Of a DNA stretch of 64,000 nt, positions 56,183 to 64,000 are shown piece by piece. Within the stretch, counting starts at the first letter, position 1; every line of letters starts with the position of its first letter. Position numbers and translations under genes: made by a program. The notes beneath the pieces were generated by a model. The model had not been told where the DNA came from and did not search any database. It worked only from the letters and a program-made list of their open reading frames with translations. The DNA lies in the NCBI GenBank assembly GCA_963774265.1, contig CAVZDU010000008.1:128001-192000 (forward strand), given 5' to 3'. The DNA is from an uncultured Chloroflexia bacterium (GTDB taxonomy: Bacteria; Chloroflexota; Anaerolineae; CG2-30-64-16).

Positions 56183-58435
56183 ATGGCGGACACCACGCCT
56201 GATACCGGTCCTGTGCGCCGGTCCTATCCACTGCGGGGGGAGGACATTCCCTGGGCAGCGCGAGTGCGCGTCCTCATCATCTGGCTGGTTCTGGTCGCCC
56301 TCATCACTCTCATCCTGGTCATTCGCCTGCCGTTGAGCGGCCAGGTTACCCTCGACGTGGGCGACGTCTCGCCACGCGATATTATTGCCCCTCGACAAGC
56401 CACCTACGTTAGTGATGTCCAAACGAATCAGCGCCGCGACATGGCTGCTAATAGCGTCGGTGAAGTCTATGATCTGCCACAGGCGCGCATCGGCCGCCAG
56501 CAACTCACGTTGTCCGGACAGATCCTTGAATACATCAACTCGGTTCGGGCCGATAGTTTTGCAGATTTGACTGCGAAGGTGGCGTCCATCCAGGCAGTGG
56601 ACGCCCTCGACCTGCCAGACACTGTGGTGAATCGGATTGTGACGCTGCCCGGCCCCGCGTGGGAACGCATCACCGCCGAAATTCAGGTCGTTCTCGAACG
56701 CGCGATGCGTGAGGAAATACGGGAGAACACCTTGGCCGATGAGCGGCGCAAGGTCGCGGCCCGGGTCCGCCTGGACTTCGCCGACGAGGATGCTGCAGTC
56801 GTGAGCGAGCTGGTGCAAGACCTCCTCGTTCCCAACAGTTTCTACAATGCGGAGCGGACCGAACAACGCCGGGCAGAGGCCCGGGAGGCTGTTGAGCCGA
56901 TCACGGAAACACTTGAGCGCAATGAAGTCATCCTGCGCACAGGCGATATTGTCACGGACCTCGATGTGGAGGCGCTGAAGGCATTAGGCCTCCAACAGCC
57001 GACGTGGTCATGGCAAGACCTGGTCGAAGCTGCCGGCTTCGTCTTGCTTCTCGGCCTGGTCTTTTTGTACTACCTGTGGCGCAAGCACCCGGGACTCTGG
57101 CTGGAACACAGCCAGGTGTTGCTGCTGGGCCTGGTCATTGTGGTGTACATGTTGGCCGCAAAGATGACGATCCCAGTGCGCACAGTCGCGCCATACATTT
57201 TCCCATACGCTGCACTTACAATCATCCTGGGCATCGCGCTGAATCCGCACATTGCTGTTATCACCTGTGCATTGACGACGCTCGCGGTCGGCTTCCTGAC
57301 AGGCGGCAGCGTTGAGTTGATGACTTACGCCTTCGCAGGCTCGATCGTCGGCATGCTTAAGGTTCGCCGGGGCGAGCGACTGGCTTCCTTTGCCTGGGGG
57401 GTGCTCTACATCGCGTTGATCAATCTGGCGGCCATCGCTGCGTTTCGCCTGGCCGGCGGACAGTGGGACTGGCGGGGCCTTTTGGAGTTGAGCAGCGCGG
57501 CGATCGGCAACGCGCTGATCTCCATGACCGTCAGCCTTGTCGGTCTGTATATACTCGGCGCACTCTTCGGGATCACCACTTCGCTGCAACTCTTCGAAAT
57601 CTCACGACCCACGCATCCCTTGTTGCGTCAGTTGTTACTCAAAGCGCCCGGCACCTACCACCACACGCTGATCGTCAGCAACATGGCTGAACGTGCAGCC
57701 GAGGCGATCGGTGCGGATGCGCTGCTCACCCGCGTCGGCGCCTACTATCACGATGTCGGCAAAACGATTCGCCCGTATTTCTTCGTCGAGAATCGCACCG
57801 AGGGGATGGACCCGCACGCGCGGCTGGATCCATACACCAGCGCACAAATCATCGTCACGCACGTGAAGGATGGCATCGATCTGGCGCGCAAGTACCGGCT
57901 CCCCCAGCGCATCATCAGCTTCATCCCTGAGCACCAGGGCACGCTGCTGGTGTCGTTTTTCTATCACCAGGCCGTGCAGCAGGCCGGCTCAGCGGATAAG
58001 GTCGACAAGAGCCAGTTCCAGTACCCTGGCCCCAAACCTCGCAGTCGTGAGACAGCACTTACGATGTTGGCCGACGGTGCAGAAGCTACCGTACGCGCTC
58101 GGCGGCCGGCGTCGATTGAGGAGCTCGATCATATAGTCGGCGAGAGCATCCAAAGCCGGGTGCTATCCGGCCAACTGGATGAGTGTCCACTCACCCTCGC
58201 CGATCTCGCCACGGTCCGCCGCGCGTTTGTGGACGTACTCCGCGGCCTGCATCACCCGCGCGTGGCCTATCCCGGCGAGACGCCCGCGCCTGCACAGGAG
58301 GGAGCGAGCAGTGACGCCCCGGCTACAGTCCAGTTAAGCCCAACAGCAAGCGCCAATGGCGCCGACAACGACGACGAGGAGGTGTCAAGTGGGTCCGTCT
58401 CATACCCCGCCAACGGCGCCCAATCCGCCTTTTGA
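56183..58435 (+). CDS. pgpH: 7TM-HD (HDIG) phosphohydrolase, PgpH-like cyclic-di-AMP phosphodiesterase
   Basis: Extracellular domain, 7-8 TMs, then HPLLRQL..APGTYHH, GAYYHDVGK, FFVEN, HVKDG, EHQGT, YPGPKP and MLAD..EA. Confidence 0.85.
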   Translation: MADTTPDTGPVRRSYPLRGEDIPWAARVRVLIIWLVLVALITLILVIRLPLSGQVTLDVGDVSPRDIIAPRQATYVSDVQTNQRRDMAANSVGEVYDLPQARIGRQQLTLSGQILEYINSVRADSFADLTAKVASIQAVDALDLPDTVVNRIVTLPGPAWERITAEIQVVLERAMREEIRENTLADERRKVAARVRLDFADEDAAVVSELVQDLLVPNSFYNAERTEQRRAEAREAVEPITETLERNEVILRTGDIVTDLDVEALKALGLQQPTWSWQDLVEAAGFVLLLGLVFLYYLWRKHPGLWLEHSQVLLLGLVIVVYMLAAKMTIPVRTVAPYIFPYAALTIILGIALNPHIAVITCALTTLAVGFLTGGSVELMTYAFAGSIVGMLKVRRGERLASFAWGVLYIALINLAAIAAFRLAGGQWDWRGLLELSSAAIGNALISMTVSLVGLYILGALFGITTSLQLFEISRPTHPLLRQLLLKAPGTYHHTLIVSNMAERAAEAIGADALLTRVGAYYHDVGKTIRPYFFVENRTEGMDPHARLDPYTSAQIIVTHVKDGIDLARKYRLPQRIISFIPEHQGTLLVSFFYHQAVQQAGSADKVDKSQFQYPGPKPRSRETALTMLADGAEATVRARRPASIEELDHIVGESIQSRVLSGQLDECPLTLADLATVRRAFVDVLRGLHHPRVAYPGETPAPAQEGASSDAPATVQLSPTASANGADNDDEEVSSGSVSYPANGAQSAF

Positions 58436-58889
58436 GGAAGACGAGCGACCGATCGTGATCCAGGTCGATGACGAATTCCTCGCCGAGGTAGAGGTGCAGG
58501 ACCTCACCAAGGCTGTTGAGGCAACTCTGGCGTTCGAGGCTCGCGTGGGAGAAGTCACCGTGGTTATCACAACGGACGAGGCGGTGGCGGAGCTCAACCA
58601 ACAGTATCGCGACACGGAAGGTCCAACCGATGTTCTCTCCTTTCCGGCGCAGGATCCGACTCCGGGTTTCGTCACCGCACCTGAGATGGCGGCCTACCTG
58701 GGCGACATTATCATCGCACTCCCCTACACGCGGAGCCAGGCCGCCAACCTGAACCACCCACTGCGCGATGAACTGCGTTTGCTGGCCGTCCACGGCGTGC
58801 TTCACCTGCTCGGCTATGATCACGCTGATCAGGCAGAGGAGGCCAGCATGTGGTCCAGGCAAGAGGCGATTCTTGCGCGCCTTCCTTAG
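58389..58889 (+). CDS. ybeY: rRNA maturation endoribonuclease YbeY
   Basis: LNQQYR, PTDVLSF, LGDIII and HGVLHLLGYDH. GTG start at 58389 after GAGGAGG. Confidence 0.95.
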   Translation: MGPSHTPPTAPNPPFEEDERPIVIQVDDEFLAEVEVQDLTKAVEATLAFEARVGEVTVVITTDEAVAELNQQYRDTEGPTDVLSFPAQDPTPGFVTAPEMAAYLGDIIIALPYTRSQAANLNHPLRDELRLLAVHGVLHLLGYDHADQAEEASMWSRQEAILARLP

Positions 58890-59241
58890 AAGCTTCAAAT
58901 ACGCGGCCGAGGGCATCGCCCATGGCCTGCGTACGCAGCGAAACATGCGTGTGGAACTGGGCGTCGCCCTGATCGTGGTGCTCGCCGGTGCTCTGTTCCG
59001 ACTCGCCGCGGTTGAGTGGGCGGTGATCTTCGTCTGCATCGGCCTTGTGCTGAGCGCCGAGCTGATCAACACCGTGATTGAGCTGGCGGTGGATCTCTTG
59101 ACTCAGCACTATCATCCAATGGCAAAGGTGGCCAAAGATGCCGGCGCCGGCGCGGTGCTGATTGCGGCGCTGACCTCTGTTGCGGTTGGCATCGCAGTCT
59201 TCGGCCCGCGTTTGTGGCGCATACTGTTCGGAGAAGGATAA
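58873..59241 (+). CDS. dgkA: Diacylglycerol/undecaprenol kinase family protein
   Basis: SFKYAAEG, QRNMR, ELINTVIELAVD and AKVAKDAGAGAV; start approximate. Confidence 0.9.
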   Translation: MRAFLRSFKYAAEGIAHGLRTQRNMRVELGVALIVVLAGALFRLAAVEWAVIFVCIGLVLSAELINTVIELAVDLLTQHYHPMAKVAKDAGAGAVLIAALTSVAVGIAVFGPRLWRILFGEG

Positions 59242-60240
59242 ATGAGGACCTCAATGACACGGCACGAGCGCCTGCAGGCCACCTTCATGGGTGCACCTGT
59301 GGACCGCACTGCAGTTGCACTCTGGCGGCACTTCCCCGGCGACGATCAACGCCCTGCCGATCTCGCGGCCGCCACACTGATGTGGCAGGCGACATGGGAC
59401 TGGGACTTCATAAAAGTGTCTCCGGCCAGCAGTTTTTGCCTGGTGGACTGGGGTGTGGAAGATCGTTGGGTGGGCGGCGACGAGGGCAACCGCCAGTACG
59501 GTAGCCGCGTGGTGACTTCAGCACAAGATTGGGCGCGATTATCCTTGCTCAACCCAACCCAGGGCGCGCTAGGAGGCCAGATCGATTGTCTGCGCCGCAT
59601 TCATGAAAGTGCAGGCAAAGAACTCCCCTTCATTCAAACAATCTTCAGCCCGCTGGCCCAGGCAAAAAACCTGGCCGGTGCAGAGCGGCTGATCGTCCAT
59701 CTTCGCCAGACGCCTGACCTCGTCCACGCCGCGCTCGAAGTCATCACTCAGACCACCCTGCGTTTCATCGAAGTGGCGAAGACCACCGGCATTGCGGGCA
59801 TCTATTACGCGGTGCAGCTGGCCAACTTCGGCCTGTTGAGCGAGGCGGAGTACCGTGCCTTCGGTGAACCGTATGACCGGCGTATTCTCGAAGCCGTAAG
59901 TGACTGCTGGTTCAACATGGTGCACCTGCACGGCCTCGAGGGCATGTTCGACCTTGTCGCTGCATACCCCGCGCACGCTTTGAATTGGCACGATCGCGAA
60001 TCTGGCCCGGCCTTAGGCGAAGGGGCACAGCGTTTCGGCGGTGCGGTGTGCGGCGGCCTGGAGCACTGGGATCATCTTTTGCGCGGGGAACCGGATCAGA
60101 TTAATGCCCTCATCCGGGAAGCGATAGATCAGACCGGAGGCAGCCGGCTCATCGTCTCATCTGGCTGCGTTGCGCCCGTTAACGCGCCGTTCTCGAATCT
60201 GCGCGCGGTGCGTCAATCAGTTGAGGGCCACATCGCGTGA
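59242..60240 (+). CDS. Uroporphyrinogen-decarboxylase (URO-D/CIMS) family protein
   Basis: ERLQATFMGAPVDR, WRHFP, QTIFSP, HLHG, LNWHD and LIVSSGC; lacks the HemE WxMRQAGR motif. Confidence 0.8.
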   Translation: MRTSMTRHERLQATFMGAPVDRTAVALWRHFPGDDQRPADLAAATLMWQATWDWDFIKVSPASSFCLVDWGVEDRWVGGDEGNRQYGSRVVTSAQDWARLSLLNPTQGALGGQIDCLRRIHESAGKELPFIQTIFSPLAQAKNLAGAERLIVHLRQTPDLVHAALEVITQTTLRFIEVAKTTGIAGIYYAVQLANFGLLSEAEYRAFGEPYDRRILEAVSDCWFNMVHLHGLEGMFDLVAAYPAHALNWHDRESGPALGEGAQRFGGAVCGGLEHWDHLLRGEPDQINALIREAIDQTGGSRLIVSSGCVAPVNAPFSNLRAVRQSVEGHIA

Positions 60241-60770
60241 GCGGCCAGCCCTCCCTCAACGCTCCATATTCCTACTGTCCACGCTGCGGTGCACCGCTGG
60301 CCGAAGGCGAGAAGTTCGGTCGGCTCCGGCGTTTCTGTCGCTACTGCGGCTTTATCCATTTCACCGATCCAAAGGTCGCGGTTGCGGCGCTCGTAACCAA
60401 TGGCCGACGCGTGCTTCTGGTGCGCCGCCTGGCGATCCCTCGCATCGGCTATTGGGCCCTGCCCGCGGGCTATATGGACGCAGACGAGGATCCCGAGGAA
60501 GCGCTTGTGCGCGAGGTGCTCGAGGAGACCGGCATTCGAGTTCGCGTGAGCACGTTCGATCGCGTTGCACCCCTCGCCGGCTGGGACGAGCGCCGCGGCA
60601 TCCTGCTGCTCTACCGGGCAGAGGCGATCGAAGGTGAAGCCACGGGTGGCGACGATGTCAGCGAAGCCCGCTGGTTTGGGGCCGAAGAGATCCCCTGGCA
60701 CGCGTTGGCGTTTGACTCGACCAAGGAGCTGGTACGCGCCTGGGTCAGCGAACTCAGTCAGGATCCCTAG
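60237..60770 (+). CDS. NUDIX hydrolase with N-terminal zinc ribbon
   Basis: YCPRCG..CRYCG and the Nudix box GYMDADEDPEEALVREVLEETG. Confidence 0.92.
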   Translation: MSGQPSLNAPYSYCPRCGAPLAEGEKFGRLRRFCRYCGFIHFTDPKVAVAALVTNGRRVLLVRRLAIPRIGYWALPAGYMDADEDPEEALVREVLEETGIRVRVSTFDRVAPLAGWDERRGILLLYRAEAIEGEATGGDDVSEARWFGAEEIPWHALAFDSTKELVRAWVSELSQDP

Positions 60771-62664
60771 AGTATCCCCACCAGACTAGTGGCGCAAAGA
60801 TCCTGACGCCACGCACGCAGAACTGGACGCTATCCAACCAAATGTCGGTTTTCAAATTGTCATCGTCATTCTGCGCCGTGAACACCATCGCCACCGGGTC
60901 GTGTGCGCTCAAGGCTGAAAAGTCAGCCACCTCGATGCGGTACAAGTAACGGTCCCACTCCAGTCCCGCATTAACCGTGTCGGCTGTGTTGCCGGTTCGC
61001 AACAGTTCATCCACCACCTGACCGTCGGGCGTGCGCCACTCCACGGTAAACCAGTCGTCAAACGGCCAATCATACGTGGTCCCCTTGCCCGTGTCGTCCG
61101 GATCGATACGATACGCGAACTTGACAACCCCCATGGTGGCGGTGGCAGGGATCGTCAACGTCTGCGTTACGACGCCGCATGAGCCGGCCCCACCCAGGAA
61201 GTGCAGTGAAGACTGGCCCGAATGAGAGAGTGCCCCATCCACCTCGATCGCGCCCTCTGTCAGCCAGGCGGACACTCCGTCCTCAAATCCGCCATTGATC
61301 ACCAATTCCTGGCAGCCCGGGAGATCGATATCGAGACCTGGCCCAGGCGGGGGCACAGGGGGGGGCGCGTCGTCAGGTGGAGTCGCTCCCACCGCACGTC
61401 CCGCATGAATACGCCCCGCGCCAAAGTAGATGTCTCGGCCAGTCGGACCCAGGTCGTCCGCCTGTGCCTCGATGAGGTCCTGCACCTGGGTTGGGGTCAA
61501 GGTGCTGTTTCGGCTCAGGATGAGTGCGGCCAACCCTGCCACGTGCGGCGTCGCCATACTCGTACCGCTCATCGTACTATAGCTGTTACCGCGAAAGGTC
61601 GAGTAAATACTGGATCCCGGCGCCGCGACGTCCACCCAGACACCGCGCGTAGAGTACGATGAAAGAACATCCTCTGCGGTCGTCGATGCCACAGCGATCA
61701 CATTCGCGTGTGCGGCAGGGTAATGCGGCATCTCATTGCCCGTGTTGCCTGCAGCCGCGACAACCACCACGCCATGAGAGAACGCATAGTTGACCGCCAT
61801 CTCCTCACCGAGACTGTAGCTGCTGGCGCCCAGACTCATGTTGATGACATGCGCGCCATTGTCCGTCGCGTAGATGATCGCCCGAATCAAGTCCTCGTAT
61901 GTTCCGATGGCATAGTTGAACACGTCGACTGGCATGATCGTTGCCTCGCCCGCGATCCCGGCGATCCCTATTCCGTTATCGACTCGCGCAGCCGCGATGC
62001 CTGCCACGTGCGTGCCGTGCCCGTAGTCGTCCTCAGGCACGTTGTCGTTGCCAGCGAAATCCCACCCATGCACGTCATCGATGAACCCGTTTCCCTCGTC
62101 ATCAACGCCGTTGTCGGGAATTTCGCCGGAGTTGGTCCAAATGGCGCCAGCCAGGTCTTCATGGGTCATGTCCACGCCAGTATCGAGCACCGCAATAATG
62201 ATCTCAGGCCGACCCGTTGTGAAATCCCAGGCGCCGGCAGCGTCGATTCTGCTTAAGTACGGCGTCTGCTTAGGTGCAACGGTATCGTAGTGGGGATCAT
62301 TTGGGACAAAGTCGAGCTGTAACGTGTAGTTTGGCTCCGCCCACTCCACGCCAGATATGCCCCCCAGGTCAGAGGCAGCATCAGCCAGCAGGTTGTCCGT
62401 CTTCACCCGCACGACCACCAATCCGAGCTCAGGAATTTCACGCAAGACACTCACGCCAGCGAGTTCAAGCCGCGCTCCACCACCATCGGAAAGCTTGACG
62501 AGCAACTCGTCGGAGACATGCGGTGCATCCCACGCCCGCAGCGGAAGCGACGGCTGACCAACTGGGACGGCCGGATCGGCATCGACCGACCCTACCAGGG
62601 GAGCAACAAGGAGCACGAAGATCAGAAAGGGTACGAGGGACATCTTCTTGGAGCTGACAAACAT
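60754..62664 (-). CDS. Secreted S8 subtilisin-like protease with C-terminal carbohydrate-binding-like domain
   Basis: Signal peptide; catalytic motifs VLDTG, HGTHVAG, AAAGN and GTSMATPHVAG; Pro linker followed by NGGFE. Confidence 0.93.
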   Translation of the reverse strand: MFVSSKKMSLVPFLIFVLLVAPLVGSVDADPAVPVGQPSLPLRAWDAPHVSDELLVKLSDGGGARLELAGVSVLREIPELGLVVVRVKTDNLLADAASDLGGISGVEWAEPNYTLQLDFVPNDPHYDTVAPKQTPYLSRIDAAGAWDFTTGRPEIIIAVLDTGVDMTHEDLAGAIWTNSGEIPDNGVDDEGNGFIDDVHGWDFAGNDNVPEDDYGHGTHVAGIAAARVDNGIGIAGIAGEATIMPVDVFNYAIGTYEDLIRAIIYATDNGAHVINMSLGASSYSLGEEMAVNYAFSHGVVVVAAAGNTGNEMPHYPAAHANVIAVASTTAEDVLSSYSTRGVWVDVAAPGSSIYSTFRGNSYSTMSGTSMATPHVAGLAALILSRNSTLTPTQVQDLIEAQADDLGPTGRDIYFGAGRIHAGRAVGATPPDDAPPPVPPPGPGLDIDLPGCQELVINGGFEDGVSAWLTEGAIEVDGALSHSGQSSLHFLGGAGSCGVVTQTLTIPATATMGVVKFAYRIDPDDTGKGTTYDWPFDDWFTVEWRTPDGQVVDELLRTGNTADTVNAGLEWDRYLYRIEVADFSALSAHDPVAMVFTAQNDDDNLKTDIWLDSVQFCVRGVRIFAPLVWWGYSRDPD

Positions 62665-62676
62665 ATAGCCTCTTTC

Positions 62677-63969
62677 TCAGCGCATGGGCACAGCACGCGG
62701 ACCAACACCGCTGGATAGACGGCCCAAGGCCTCCGCCAGGTCGTCGCCGTTCTTCACCACATAGGCGGGCAACCCGCTGGCCTGCAGGTCGGCCAGCACC
62801 GGCGCCCAATCGGGTGCGGGGCCAAACGTTCGTCCCGCCAGAAGCACAGCAACACCGTGAACGCCTCGAGCACGTAATCCGCGCAGCACCGTAACCCAGC
62901 GTTCGTCAGTTGATGGCGTGATGACGATCAGCGTTGTATGTCGCGCCAGGGTTGCGCCGTCCATCGCCAGCGCCTCCGCAATGGGTAGCCGTCCGTTCGC
63001 TTTGATCACAGCAAGGATTTCAAGCAGACGGGTGAGTTGCCGCTCGCCACGGTCGGGCTGTACCGCCTCGCGGGTCTCTGCATAACTGAGGAAGCCGACC
63101 TCACGATCCGCCTGCAGAAAGTGCTGGGCCAGCGACGCAGCTATTGTAACCCCGTACTCGACAGTACTGGGCGGCAGTTCCATGCGCTCGACGCGGCGCG
63201 TGAGCCACGGCATCACCGTGTCCTCGTCAGCTTCGCTCCAAGGCGCCTCTGCTTGCGCGTCCTCGTACATGTCGAGAAAGATCCACACATCGGCCAGAGG
63301 ATCCAGCTCGAATTCCTTTGAAATCAACCGTCCCGTGCGCGCGGTGGAAGCCCAGTGGATGCGGTTGAGGCTGTCGCCCGGCGCGTAGTCGCGGACCCCT
63401 GATACGCTCGACGTAATATAGGGCGTGCGCCGATGGACAGATTCGCCACCTGGCAAGTAGCCCGTAGGCGGACTGAACCCGGGAAGGTCCACCGTGGGTG
63501 GCGTGACCACCAGCGATGCGGTCTCCGGCACCTCGCGGGTGAATCGAAAGATGCCGAGCGGATCACCGCTGCTAAGCGTAATCGGCCCCAGCACGAACCG
63601 CCCGCGCCGTCGTGCGAGGGTGCGCACCTGCCAGCGCGAGGTGGCGTGGCGGCCGAGGGAATTGACCACCCGGCTTACCTGGTGTCCCGGCAGGTCCGAG
63701 AAGTCATGCACCTCCACCCACAGTTTGGGCCAGCGCGAGTGATTGACAAGTTCCAGCGTCTCCTCGAAGTATTTGCCGACCTGCGACCGGTGGCTGCGCG
63801 TCGTGCGGCGCAGCATCAACCCGCGCTGATTCAGCCACGCCCAGAACAACGAGACCAAGATCACACCGGTAATAAAATAGAGCAGGTTGAAGGCCAGCTC
63901 TCGCCCGGACGCGAACGCAAAGACTGCGGCAGCCAACCAAAGCAAGAAGATCGCCCAGGAACGTCGCAA
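62677..63969 (-). CDS. DUF58 (vWA-like, MoxR-associated) protein
   Basis: N-terminal TMs, RRGRF, DPLGIF, VRDYAPGDSLNRIHWASTAR and LISKEFE. Confidence 0.92.
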   Translation of the reverse strand: MRRSWAIFLLWLAAAVFAFASGRELAFNLLYFITGVILVSLFWAWLNQRGLMLRRTTRSHRSQVGKYFEETLELVNHSRWPKLWVEVHDFSDLPGHQVSRVVNSLGRHATSRWQVRTLARRRGRFVLGPITLSSGDPLGIFRFTREVPETASLVVTPPTVDLPGFSPPTGYLPGGESVHRRTPYITSSVSGVRDYAPGDSLNRIHWASTARTGRLISKEFELDPLADVWIFLDMYEDAQAEAPWSEADEDTVMPWLTRRVERMELPPSTVEYGVTIAASLAQHFLQADREVGFLSYAETREAVQPDRGERQLTRLLEILAVIKANGRLPIAEALAMDGATLARHTTLIVITPSTDERWVTVLRGLRARGVHGVAVLLAGRTFGPAPDWAPVLADLQASGLPAYVVKNGDDLAEALGRLSSGVGPRAVPMR

Positions 63970-64000
63970 AAGCGGAGCTCCCTTTCTTTAGCGCGCACGA

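Noticed and set aside
59242-60240. hemE assignment
   Set aside because: It lacks the HemE N-terminal RQAGR signature and there are no heme genes nearby; kept at family level.

Overview
GC-rich bacterial chromosomal window, most likely Chloroflexota (Anaerolineae/Caldilineae-like; inferred from gene content). There are no rRNA, tRNA or CRISPR features. Left part (1-25.7 kb): tig, mutL, and a TetR-led beta-oxidation cluster (thiolase, 3-hydroxyacyl-CoA dehydrogenase, enoyl-CoA hydratase, an embedded NYN/OST-HTH nuclease-like gene, two acyl-CoA dehydrogenases and a strongly degenerate ETF pair). These are followed by a 2-domain S1 protein, moeA, two Yip1 proteins, a DHH-CBS-tRNA nucleotidyltransferase, a DksA/TraR protein, rpsA with a 60-bp tandem-repeat acidic tail, and a canonical ETF pair. 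Middle (25.9-54.3 kb): a ~28-kb glycosylation island, which is the best candidate for an undescribed system. It encodes a GT2 polyprenol-P-sugar synthase, a flippase-like protein, two NDP-sugar epimerase/SDRs, a methyltransferase-like protein and eight large GT-C-type membrane proteins. These include a DUF2723/TMEM260-like protein and an ILEI-lectin fusion; most carry 1-3 copies of one recurring ~130-aa C-terminal domain. The island also holds a decayed IS256-family element and a truncated paralog. Right (54.4-64 kb): mtaB-yqeY-pgpH-like-ybeY-dgkA-UROD-like-NUDIX, an S8 protease and DUF58. Many genes carry small frameshifts, probably long-read consensus errors. All calls come from reading the sequence and ORF translations; no searches were run.
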